DNA from: Phototrophicaceae bacterium
Lineage (GTDB): Bacteria; Chloroflexota; Anaerolineae; Aggregatilineales; Phototrophicaceae
Length of the DNA: 64,000 bases
Assembly (NCBI GenBank): GCA_965207295.1
Contig: OZ242275.1
Location: 3,503,456 to 3,567,455, forward strand
Direction of reading: 5' to 3'
Shown: positions 1 to 8,160 of the stretch, piece after piece
How the letters are laid out: each line of letters opens with the position of its first letter
Numbering within the stretch: position 1 is the stretch's first letter
Position numbers and translations under genes: made by a program
Notes under the pieces: generated by a model
Database searches by the model: none
Seen by the model: only the letters and a program-made list of their open reading frames with translations
Told to the model about the DNA's origin: nothing

Positions 1-761
1 CGATGGCCAGTTTTCGCTTCCTCCGCTTCAATCTGTGGTTCCGAGTATTGCTTGGCGACAAGCGCCGGCTCGGGCCGGAGCAAAAAGAACGTGATCAAGA
101 ATGAAACGCCGGACAAGAAACACGCGATCACCCAAGGACCGGTTGTCAATTCCTGCGCCGATATGTTCTCCGGCTGCAATAACTGCGCCAGTGGCGAGTG
201 AATCAGCGGCGGTCCCGAGACGATATCCAGCGAAAGAAACTTTGCCAGTTGGCTGCTCGGCTCAACCAGACCGGGACCGAATACCGCGCCAATCGTTCCG
301 GCGAAAACGATGCGCCCGATCATCTGCGCGCGTTTGTCGATTGGGAAGATCTCGCCGACGACGAAACGGCTCATCTGCGTGCCAGCGCGGGCCATTCCCA
401 TCCCGGCCGAACTGATCAGCAGCAGAGAGAAAATGCCGTTCAGCACGGCGATCAAGCCCAGCGCGGCGCCAGCGAAGCCCAAGGCGTACGAGGCGCACAA
501 GCCCATGCGCCGCCCATATCGCCCCATGATGATGCCCATGAAGTAAGCCATGATGGAATGCGCGAATGTCACCATCGTTGTCGGCAAGCCGGCCGCCGCG
601 TCCGACCCGCCGAGGATGCCGGCCGCAATCGAATGCAGCGTGATGATGGAAATCTGCGCCGCCGAAAACAAGCTCTGGGCGACGAACATGGTTGCGAGGA
701 GACGGTGGCTGACGCGCAAGGGATACAATGTTGTCGCTCCGACCGGTGGATTTGAGCCCAC
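1..761 (-). CDS. MFS transporter, N-terminal part (gene continues beyond window start)
   Basis: Absent from the ORF track because it runs off the edge. My minus-strand translation from GTG 761 (or ATG 689) reads VGSNPPVGATTLYPLRVSHRLLATMFVAQSLFSAAQISIITLHSIAAGILGG...MGRYGRRMGLCASYALGFAGAALGL... This gives successive hydrophobic helices and an MFS motif-A-like GRYGRR loop. The frame stays open to position 1. Confidence 0.65.
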   Translation of the reverse strand, partial: MGSNPPVGATTLYPLRVSHRLLATMFVAQSLFSAAQISIITLHSIAAGILGGSDAAAGLPTTMVTFAHSIMAYFMGIIMGRYGRRMGLCASYALGFAGAALGLIAVLNGIFSLLLISSAGMGMARAGTQMSRFVVGEIFPIDKRAQMIGRIVFAGTIGAVFGPGLVEPSSQLAKFLSLDIVSGPPLIHSPLAQLLQPENISAQELTTGPWVIACFLSGVSFLITFFLLRPEPALVAKQYSEPQIEAEEAKTGH

Positions 762-792
762 AGCCAATTTAATCAGTCATTTTACCGCAATA

Positions 793-818
793 AGCAGAGC
801 GCGCCCTCTTGGGCGCGC
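793..818 (-). terminator. Possible intrinsic terminator after acnA
   Basis: 8-bp all-GC stem (799-806 / 811-818) with a 4-nt loop. On the minus strand it is followed by UCUGCUUAUU, a weak U-tract. Lies between the acnA stop and the MFS start. Confidence 0.35.
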
Positions 819-844
819 CCGCCAAAATTGCGCCCGCAAGACGG

Positions 845-3550
845 CTATTGCGCAATGAAGTTGCGCAAGACCGTATGCAGGATGCCACCGTTGCGATAAT
901 AGTCGACCTCAACCGGCGTATCGAGGCGAACGGTCACGTCGAACTGAGTCGCCTCGCCGGCTTCGTCAGTTGCCGTCACCGTCAGCGTATCCATTGGCTG
1001 GACGTCATCGTTGACCGGAATATCGTAGGTTTCGTGCCCGCTCAAACCCAGCGATGTGTATGATTCGCCATCAGCGAATGTCAACGGCAGCACACCCATC
1101 ATCACCAGATTGCTGCGGTGAATCCGCTCGATACTCTCCGCGATGACCGCTTTGATGCCGAGCAGCAGGGTGCCTTTCGCCGCCCAATCGCGCGATGAAC
1201 CCATGCCGTAATCTTTGCCCGCGAGGACGATCAACGGCGAGCCATCTTCCTGATATCTAAGCGCCGCATCGTAAATCGGCATCTCTTCCATCGTTGGCAG
1301 ATAAAGGGTGACGCCGCCTTCGCTGCCCGGCGCCAGCAGATTCCGCAGGCGCACATTGGCGAAGGCGCCGCGCGTCATCACCCGGTCGTTGCCGCGGCGC
1401 GAGCCGAAGCTATTGAAGTATTGCGGGCTGACATCGCGCTCAAGCAAGTATTGCCCCGCTGGACCGTTGATCGCGATGGCGCCGGCCGGGGAAATGTGAT
1501 CGGTCGTCACCGAATCGCCGCCTTTCACCATGACGCGCGCGCCCAGTATCGTTGAAATTGGCGGCGCGCTTTCTGGCAGGTCAATGAAGAAGGGCGGCTC
1601 CTGAATATAGGTGCTTCCCTCACTCCATTCGTAGACCGGCTCGTCGGTGCTGGGGATCTCGTTCCATTGGGAATTGCCATCATACACGTTGCCATACTGT
1701 TCGAGGTACATGCTGGCATCGAGACTGTTCTGCACCGTCTCGACAATTTCTTCCTGGCTGGGCCAGATGTCCCGCAAGTAGACATCCGCGCCCGCGGCGT
1801 CTGTCGCGATCGGTTCCCGCTCGAGGTCAATGTCGACAGTGCCCGCCAGCGCGTAAGCCACGACCAGGGGCGGCGACGCCAGGAAGTTCGCGCGCACATC
1901 GGGTCCGATGCGGCCGCCAAAATTGCGATTGCCGCTCAGCACCGAGGCGGCCACGATATCAGCATCGTAGATCGCCTCGCGCACTGGCTCGGGCAGGGGA
2001 CCGCTGTTGCCGATGCACGTGGTGCAGCCATAACCGACAGTGTGGAAACCCAAGGCTTCCAAATGCGGTGTCAAACCGGCGCGGTCGAGATATTCCGTCA
2101 CGACTTTGGAACCCGGCGCCAGGCTGGTTTTGACATAGGATTTGCGCGTCAAGCCACGCTCGTTGGCTTTCTTCGCCAGCAAGCCAGCAGCCACCATGAC
2201 CGACGGATTGCTCGTGTTGGTGCATGAGGTGATGGCGGCGATCACCACCGACCCGTGTGAAATCACGGCGCTGTCTCCATTGGCGCGGACCTGGCCAATT
2301 GCCCCCAGCTGTTCATCGGCGAGCGCGAATCCCTGTGGACCCAGCGGCGCGGTTAAAGTCTGATGGAATGTCGGTTTGAGCTCGCGCACCAGGATGCGGT
2401 CCTGCGGCCGCAAAGGACCGGCGACGCTCGGCTCGACTATACTCAAGTCCAATTCCAACGCATCGTTGAATTCAGGATCTTCGGTGATATCGCTGCGGTA
2501 CAAGCCCTGTTCCTTGCAATAGGCTTCCACCAAGTTTACCTGTTCATGATCGCGGCCAGTGCGGCGCAGATAGCTCAGCACTTCATCATCGACCGGGAAG
2601 AAGCCGATGGTCGCGCCGTATTCCGGCGCCATGTTGGCGATGGTGGCGCGATCAGGCAAGGTCATGCTGCTCAATCCATGTCCGTAAAACTCGACGAATT
2701 TGCCCACGACGCCTTTTTCGCGCAGCATCTGCGTGACAACCAGAACAAGATCGGTGGCTGTGGCGCCCTCGGGCAATTGCCCCAAAAGCTTGAAGCCAAC
2801 TACCTCCGGCATCAGCATGTAAACCGGCTGACCAAGCATCGCCGCCTCAGCCTCGATGCCGCCGACGCCCCAGCCGAGCACGCCCAGCCCGTTGATCATC
2901 GTCGTGTGGCTGTCCGTCCCCACAAGGGTATCGGGCAGCGCCACAAAGCCATCACCCAGCGGATCGTCATAAAGCTGCACAACCTTGGCCAGATATTCAA
3001 GATTAACCTGGTGCACGATGCCAGTCGCCGGCGGCACAACTTTGAGATTCTCGAAGGCTTTCTGCCCCCAGTGCAAAAACTCGTAGCGCTCGCGGTTGCG
3101 CAGGAATTCCATCTCGGCATTGCGCGCGATCGCGTCCGCGCGACCGAAGACATCAACCTGCACCGAGTGATCGATCACCAGGTCAACCGGCACCTTGGGA
3201 TTTATCTTCTGTGGATCGCCGCCTATGCGCGCCATCGCGCTGCGCAGCGCCGCCAGATCGACTAGAGAGGGTACGCCGGTGAAGTCCTGCAAAATGACGC
3301 GCGCCGGGCTGAACGGGATCTCAACGGCGCGGTAATTTCGCGCATCCCATGATGCCAGATTCTGTACGTCTTCGGGATGAAAGTGGTGGCCGTCCTGATT
3401 GCGCAAGGCGTTTTCCAGCAGGATCTTGATGCTGAACGGCAGCCTGTCAATGCGGCCGACGCCTTGCGCGGCGAGCTTGCTAAGCCGGTAAATGACTGCC
3501 TTCTTGCCGCCTGCGCTGATTGATCCGCGCGTCCCGAAATAGTCGCCCAT
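845..3550 (-). CDS. acnA: Aconitate hydratase A
   Basis: 901-aa ORF with aconitase signatures [36 protein letters not shown] and [12 protein letters not shown] (Fe-S ligand cysteines). Confidence 0.95.
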   Translation of the reverse strand: MGDYFGTRGSISAGGKKAVIYRLSKLAAQGVGRIDRLPFSIKILLENALRNQDGHHFHPEDVQNLASWDARNYRAVEIPFSPARVILQDFTGVPSLVDLAALRSAMARIGGDPQKINPKVPVDLVIDHSVQVDVFGRADAIARNAEMEFLRNRERYEFLHWGQKAFENLKVVPPATGIVHQVNLEYLAKVVQLYDDPLGDGFVALPDTLVGTDSHTTMINGLGVLGWGVGGIEAEAAMLGQPVYMLMPEVVGFKLLGQLPEGATATDLVLVVTQMLREKGVVGKFVEFYGHGLSSMTLPDRATIANMAPEYGATIGFFPVDDEVLSYLRRTGRDHEQVNLVEAYCKEQGLYRSDITEDPEFNDALELDLSIVEPSVAGPLRPQDRILVRELKPTFHQTLTAPLGPQGFALADEQLGAIGQVRANGDSAVISHGSVVIAAITSCTNTSNPSVMVAAGLLAKKANERGLTRKSYVKTSLAPGSKVVTEYLDRAGLTPHLEALGFHTVGYGCTTCIGNSGPLPEPVREAIYDADIVAASVLSGNRNFGGRIGPDVRANFLASPPLVVAYALAGTVDIDLEREPIATDAAGADVYLRDIWPSQEEIVETVQNSLDASMYLEQYGNVYDGNSQWNEIPSTDEPVYEWSEGSTYIQEPPFFIDLPESAPPISTILGARVMVKGGDSVTTDHISPAGAIAINGPAGQYLLERDVSPQYFNSFGSRRGNDRVMTRGAFANVRLRNLLAPGSEGGVTLYLPTMEEMPIYDAALRYQEDGSPLIVLAGKDYGMGSSRDWAAKGTLLLGIKAVIAESIERIHRSNLVMMGVLPLTFADGESYTSLGLSGHETYDIPVNDDVQPMDTLTVTATDEAGEATQFDVTVRLDTPVEVDYYRNGGILHTVLRNFIAQ

Positions 3551-3642
3551 AGGTCCTTTCCTTTTGCGGCGTCAAACACTCGAAGCGAAACGATCGACGC
3601 CCGCTGATTCGCTCTTTGGAAGATACGAATTGAACAAGCCGC

Positions 3643-3671
3643 ATTCTACCAGACAATGCCTGCGGTTGTCA
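3643..3671 (-). promoter_or_regulatory. Candidate sigma70-type promoter for acnA
   Basis: Minus strand reads TGACAA (3671-3666), a 17-nt spacer, then TG-n-TAGAAT (-10 at 3648-3643). About 90 nt upstream of the acnA ATG. Confidence 0.35.
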
Positions 3672-3828
3672 GCGCAAGTCGCGCCTCGGGGCAGTTTTAG
3701 CCGCGCAGCCAAGGGCTAAAGCGGATCAAGCGCCACGCAACTTGTCATTGTACAAAACAGACCCAGTAAAGTAGACTTGCCGCATTTGCAAATCAAATGA
3801 CGAAGCGCAATCCAACAGGTAAGGACAT

Positions 3829-4755
3829 ATGGCAAAGAAGAGCCGCACACGCGAAGCGAGGCAGCGTCGTCAAAAGCAGCGGCGGCAGAATCAGCGATTG
3901 ATTGTCCTTGCGCTGATAGTAGCGGTTGCGGTTGTGGGCATCGCCGTCGTTGTCGTCTCCAACCAGCCGGTGGAAGCCTTCGTCGCGGGCGAATTGTCTG
4001 TCCGCTATGATGGCATCGAACGCAGCGCATCGCCCGAAGGTTACCCCCGATTGGGGGTGGCGAACGCGCCGGTGACAATGGAAGAATATGCCAGTTTCGC
4101 CTGCCCGGGCTGCGAGTCTTTTCACGATGACAGCTTCGATGCCGTGCTTGAACGGGTGAAAGCGGGGCAGGTGCTTTTCACCTATGTGCCGCTCAATACG
4201 GGCTCGATTCCAAATGCGCCTGGCGCTTCCCGCGCCGCCCTTTGCGCTGGACAGCAAGGTATGTTCTGGGAGATGCACGATGTGCTCTTCGACTGGCAGA
4301 CGCGCTACGGCAATACAGCTTTCTCGCAGAATCGGCTCTTGACCGGCGTCGAGCGGCTCGGTCTAAACAGCGACGCCTTCACGGCCTGTTTCAACTCGGC
4401 GGCAATCAACCGAGTGCTCGATGCTGCCGCCAATGAAGGCGTATCCACGACGCCGACGATACGCGTGAATGGGGTTACGGTGGCCGCGAGCCAGGCTGAG
4501 TCCATTCCCGCGGCGGGCACGATTCTTCAGGCGATCGACGATGCCACCCCGGATGGCTGGGGACAGACGAGCGCGCCGACGCCCACGACGCTGCCCGCCG
4601 ACGACTCGCCAACAGCGAGCCCTACAGCAGACGATAATGCCGCGGCCGCTGTCGATGCTCAACATACCGCTGCCGTCACTCCAGCGGTAGCGGCGACGGC
4701 AACCGAAGAGCAGGCAGTCTCAACGCTTGCGCCCGAGGCAACCGCGACCCAATAA
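3829..4755 (+). CDS. Membrane-anchored DsbA-family thiol:disulfide oxidoreductase
   Basis: Basic N-terminus plus one TM helix (LIVLALIVAVAVVGIAVVVV), thioredoxin-fold CxxC motif (FACPGCESF), and an Ala/Thr/Pro-rich C-terminal tail. AGGTAAGGA RBS precedes the ATG. Confidence 0.8.
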   Translation: MAKKSRTREARQRRQKQRRQNQRLIVLALIVAVAVVGIAVVVVSNQPVEAFVAGELSVRYDGIERSASPEGYPRLGVANAPVTMEEYASFACPGCESFHDDSFDAVLERVKAGQVLFTYVPLNTGSIPNAPGASRAALCAGQQGMFWEMHDVLFDWQTRYGNTAFSQNRLLTGVERLGLNSDAFTACFNSAAINRVLDAAANEGVSTTPTIRVNGVTVAASQAESIPAAGTILQAIDDATPDGWGQTSAPTPTTLPADDSPTASPTADDNAAAAVDAQHTAAVTPAVAATATEEQAVSTLAPEATATQ

Positions 4756-4839
4756 CCTGCTCAAGGGCTTCTCAGAATTTCCAAGTTAGTAACGAGAAGG
4801 ATTGCAGCAAGGAAGAAATCCTCAAAATAATTGAGAAGT

Positions 4840-5115
4840 TGTAAGGCTTGTCCGCTACTGCAGAAAGCCTGTTTTCCGTACGTCTTACCCCATCCCCGGC
4901 CCTTCCCCAGTCAACTAGGGAAGGGTGACTCGACGGCAGAATTGGAATATTCGGGCGCCATTTCAGTCAGAAACCCGTACTTCCGGGGGTACGGCAAGAG
5001 TCCTCCCCCTTCCTTAGCTTGCTGGGTCACGTAGACATAGACCTTCGGGAAGGGGGCTGGGGGGATGGGGTGGAATCGGAGAGATAGCATAGCCCAGTAC
5101 CGGACAAGCCTTGTA
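4840..5115 (+). repeat. Long imperfect palindrome; candidate structured ncRNA or MITE/ERIC-like element
   Basis: Outer stem 4840-4860 / 5095-5115 has 18 Watson-Crick pairs, 2 G-U pairs and 1 mismatch. Inner perfect 11-bp stem is ACCCCATCCCC 4887-4897 / GGGGATGGGGT 5061-5071. Further CCCTTCCC/GGGAAGGG pairings and an apical hairpin CCGTAC-N8-GTACGG (4975-4994) follow. The mismatches become G-U pairs only if read as a plus-strand RNA. Confidence 0.6.
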
Positions 5116-5116
5116 G

Positions 5117-5187
5117 GGGCGAGAGACGGGCAGTGTCGGCGGTCAGTGTCTACGCGACCTACGCGCCCCTTGTCTCGCCCGCTTTTT
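5117..5187 (+). terminator. Possible plus-strand intrinsic terminator with a large loop
   Basis: GGGCGAGAGACGGG (5117-5130) pairs with CCCCTTGTCTCGCCC (5166-5180): 12 pairs, 2 mismatches. It is followed by GC-TTTTT (5183-5187). The 36-nt loop is atypically large. There is no U-run on the minus strand. Confidence 0.35.
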
Positions 5188-5250
5188 CTATAGATTGCTC
5201 CTCAGTTTTCGCATGACTAACTTGATTTTACGTCTCCCATGGGGCAGGAA

Positions 5251-5598
5251 TTAATGCCGCGCAAGCATTGGCCCCAGGCTGCGGCCGCCCACCAAATGCA
5301 TATGCAGGTGAAAAACCTCTTGGCCGCCATGCTTATTGCAATTGACGATCAAGCGATAGCCGTCCTGCGCTATGCCTTCATCACGCGCGATCTTCGCCGC
5401 TGCCGTGAAAAGACGCCCTAATGCGGCTTCGTCCGCCGCCGCGACATCGTTGGCTGTGGCGATCTCCGCCTTGGGAATGATCAAAATGTGGACTGGCGCC
5501 GATGGGGCGATATCGCGAAAAGCCAAGACGAGCTCGTCTTCGTATACAATATCAGCCGGGATTTCTTTGGCGATTATTTTCGAGAAAATCGTGCTCAT
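5251..5598 (-). CDS. HIT-family (histidine triad) nucleotide hydrolase
   Basis: 115 aa with the histidine triad HLHMHLVGG near the C-terminus. Confidence 0.9.
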   Translation of the reverse strand: MSTIFSKIIAKEIPADIVYEDELVLAFRDIAPSAPVHILIIPKAEIATANDVAAADEAALGRLFTAAAKIARDEGIAQDGYRLIVNCNKHGGQEVFHLHMHLVGGRSLGPMLARH

Positions 5599-5632
5599 AG
5601 CCTGTGCCTCCTTATTGATCGACGCCGCGTTC

Positions 5633-6382
5633 TTACATCACCATACCGCCGTCGACAACCAGTGTCTGACCAGTGATGTAGGCGGCCTCGTCTGACGCGA
5701 GAAACGCGACCGCTTTGGCAATATCCTTCGGTGTGCCCATGCGGCCCAGCGGAATCGCTTCTATCGCCTTTTCGCGGATATCGTCGCCTAGGTCCGCCGT
5801 CATCTCGGTATCGACGAATCCCGGCGCCAAGGCATTGACGCGAATGCTCCGCGCGGCCACTTCTTTAGCCAGCGATTTCGTCAGCCCGATGATGCCGGCT
5901 TTGCTGGCGGCATAATTCGTCTGCCCGCCGTTGCCGGCTATACCGACAACGCTGGTGATGTTGATGATGCTGCCGCTGCGTTTGCGCATCATCGCGCGCG
6001 CGGCGGATTTGCAGCAAAGCCAGCAGCTGCGCAGATTAGTTTCGATGACATCGTCAAAATCAGCCGGCTTCATCATCATGATGATATTGTCGCGCGTCAC
6101 GCCAGCATTATTGACCAGTATATCGATTGTGCCGTACTCGGCGATTATAGCCTTAAACATGGCGGCGACTTGCCGCTCGTCGCTGACGTCAGCCGGCATA
6201 TTCCTGGCTGTGCCGCCGGCCGCTTCTATCTGCGCGACAAGATTCTCGGCGGCGGCGGCGCTGCGGTTGTAATTGACGATCACGGTCGCGCCGCGCCCGG
6301 CCAATTCAAGGCATATCGCGCGCCCGATGCCCCGTCCTCCGCCGGTGACGAGCGCGATCTTGCCAATGAGATTGGATGTCAT
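5633..6382 (-). CDS. fabG: 3-oxoacyl-[ACP] reductase (SDR family)
   Basis: [11 protein letters not shown] Rossmann motif, NNAG, catalytic YAASKAG, 249 aa. Typical FabG architecture. Confidence 0.8.
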   Translation of the reverse strand: MTSNLIGKIALVTGGGRGIGRAICLELAGRGATVIVNYNRSAAAAENLVAQIEAAGGTARNMPADVSDERQVAAMFKAIIAEYGTIDILVNNAGVTRDNIIMMMKPADFDDVIETNLRSCWLCCKSAARAMMRKRSGSIINITSVVGIAGNGGQTNYAASKAGIIGLTKSLAKEVAARSIRVNALAPGFVDTEMTADLGDDIREKAIEAIPLGRMGTPKDIAKAVAFLASDEAAYITGQTLVVDGGMVM

Positions 6383-6447
6383 GTCTGTCTCCCTATAAAT
6401 GGCGCTTTCGCCGTCAATATAATAGCGGTGAGCATTTATCGCTACGG

Positions 6448-8046
6448 TCAGCCGCCTACCCAGCCAATCAGCTCGACTTGGCCACGCAAATCGCGCGTTA
6501 GACTGGTAGCGCCGAATCCGTTGAAGCTGGCGAGGTAAATGTCGTTGCGCCCGTCCACTGACGGATTGACACCGGTGAAAGCGATGTACTGCCCATCAGG
6601 CGAGAATTGCGGATTGCACATGGTCGGCGGCGGGTTCCCGCTGGCGACATCGCCGAATCCCCGGTTTTTCACGCGGACACCGAATGGACATTGCCCGGCT
6701 GTACCGCCGATGGCGATTCTTTCACCATCACTTGACCAACCGGCGCTCATGCCAAAGCGCGGGAAGTTCAAGTCGCTGTCGCGGCCGAGAAGCTGCCCAG
6801 ACGCGTCCAGCAGGACAATCTCGTTTCGACGATCCGCGAGCTGGACGACAACGCGATTTCCGTCAGGCGACCATGAATCGGAAAGGTAGCTCGTTGTGCC
6901 TGTGCCTCCGGCGATACGCACCTCGCGCGCTAATCCCGTCTCGATTTCGGCTCGCCAGATCCGCCGCTGCGGATTAACCAGATCAAAGGGACCGCCGCTG
7001 GCGAAAGTCAGAAGTGAATCGTCAATCCAGGTAGGCGGCTCGGAAACGACCTCATCCGACAACTGCCAGGTTCGACCGCTAGCAATCTCGTAAATGTGTA
7101 CCTGACCGCCTGTTGGCGGCGGCTTGGATACGGCATCGCAGAATCCCGGCTCGCCCGGTATCCAGCTCGGGCAATCGGCTCGATCCGATACAAATGCGAT
7201 GTGACGACCACCAGGCGACCAGCGCGGCCACCAATCATAAGAACCTTGCTGGCTGATATTCACCGGCGGCGAACCGTCTTTGTTCACCAGAAAAATGTCA
7301 ATGTCATATCCGGTCGCTACAGCAATCGCGAGCCGGCGCCCATCGGGCGACCAGTCCGGCGCCATGAAGTGCCCCCGCTGCACAAGCGGATTCGCGCCCG
7401 GCAGCAATCTGGCGCTGAAGCCCGTTTCCAGATCCAGCAAATACAGACCGCTCGCGCGCGGATCGTCGTCGCTTATGACATAAGCCAGCGCATTCCCCGG
7501 GCGAGCCACGAATACTTCCAAGCGCCGCGTCGATTGCAGTTCCAAGACCGGTATGCGCCGGCGAGATCCAGTCGGTGACACGAAGTAAACGGTTTGTACG
7601 CCGGTGAACGGTTGCGCCGTCGCGATATTGGCGATTGTTTGGCGATTATTGGCGCTCGTGAAAGCGAGCATCGCGCTATCAACCCCATCAGCGACCGCCG
7701 ACGGTATCTCCAACACATCCCAATTGTCGAAGACAAAACCAAAAACGGGAAGCGGCGTAACCGACGGCGTAACGGTCGCAGAGGGCGTCGCGGATGGCGT
7801 CGCCGTAAAGGTGGCGGTTGCGCTGGCTGTTGGGCTTGGCGTCGAGCTGGGAATCGCTGTGGGCGAGGGAGTCGCGGTTGCGGCAGGCGTTTCGCTCGGC
7901 GCTTCGGTGGGGGAGGGCGTAACGGTTGGCAAACTCGTCGCCGTCGGCAAGGGCGTCGCCGTGGGCTGGCTCAAGGCGCTGCATGCGCACAGTAGCATCG
8001 CGATCGTCATCATGACGGCGCGCCGCTTAGCAGTTTTGGAGAACAT
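6448..8046 (-). CDS. Secreted TolB-like PD40 beta-propeller protein with Pro/Thr-rich linker
   Basis: Signal/lipoprotein-like N-terminus (MFSKTAKRRAVMMTIAMLLCAC), then about 70 aa of P/T/S/A linker. Repeated PD40 motifs follow: DWSPDGRRLA, WSPGGRHIAF, SWSPDGNRVV, WSSDGERIA, FSPDGQYIAF. The ORF opens at GTG 8067; ATG 8046 is preferred. Confidence 0.8.
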   Translation of the reverse strand: MFSKTAKRRAVMMTIAMLLCACSALSQPTATPLPTATSLPTVTPSPTEAPSETPAATATPSPTAIPSSTPSPTASATATFTATPSATPSATVTPSVTPLPVFGFVFDNWDVLEIPSAVADGVDSAMLAFTSANNRQTIANIATAQPFTGVQTVYFVSPTGSRRRIPVLELQSTRRLEVFVARPGNALAYVISDDDPRASGLYLLDLETGFSARLLPGANPLVQRGHFMAPDWSPDGRRLAIAVATGYDIDIFLVNKDGSPPVNISQQGSYDWWPRWSPGGRHIAFVSDRADCPSWIPGEPGFCDAVSKPPPTGGQVHIYEIASGRTWQLSDEVVSEPPTWIDDSLLTFASGGPFDLVNPQRRIWRAEIETGLAREVRIAGGTGTTSYLSDSWSPDGNRVVVQLADRRNEIVLLDASGQLLGRDSDLNFPRFGMSAGWSSDGERIAIGGTAGQCPFGVRVKNRGFGDVASGNPPPTMCNPQFSPDGQYIAFTGVNPSVDGRNDIYLASFNGFGATSLTRDLRGQVELIGWVGG

Positions 8047-8160
8047 AGTCAAAAATGAGGCTAACACGGAACATCAACTGATGCGCGAAAATGAATGCTC
8101 ACTGCGCGGGCGGCTCTAGCGCTTAACACGTCGCTACATCATCTTGCGTCTCAAGCGCTC

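Noticed and set aside
745-765. tRNA T-arm-like string GGTGGATTTGAGCCCAC.
   Set aside because: No acceptor, D or anticodon arms can be built around it, and it lies within the N-terminal coding region of the MFS gene.
2363-3265. 300-aa plus-strand ORF antisense to acnA.
   Set aside because: It lies entirely inside a confidently identified gene on the other strand. The product is Arg/Ala/His-rich and low-complexity with no motif. This is a typical shadow ORF of GC-rich DNA.
4831-5034. 67-aa ORF in the long intergenic gap.
   Set aside because: The product is Pro/Gly/Ser-rich and low-complexity, with no RBS. The frame is generated by the C-rich and G-rich arms of the palindrome, so an RNA or repeat explanation is more economical.
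4840-5115. Identity of the palindrome with a known housekeeping RNA (RNase P, tmRNA, SRP, 6S, group II intron domain V).
   Set aside because: There is no GAGGAAAGTCCGGGC-type P4 and no tmRNA acceptor, T-arm or tag ORF. The minus-strand apex contains CCGGAAG but lacks the SRP domain IV loops. It is too long for 6S. The apical hairpin lacks the domain V AGC triad and bulge.
5129-5141. 13-mer GGCAGTGTCGGCG shared with 55298-55310 (downstream of rpmF).
   Set aside because: By rough estimate, exact 13-mer coincidences are expected by chance many times in a 64-kb GC-rich window on two strands. The flanks do not align.
7604-8119. 171-aa plus-strand ORF with GV/AV repeats, together with apparent tandem repetition at 7740-7990.
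   Set aside because: It is the antisense image of the Pro/Thr/Ser/Ala linker of the TolB-like protein. The repetition is coding low complexity, not a CRISPR array or satellite: there are no regular repeat-spacer units.
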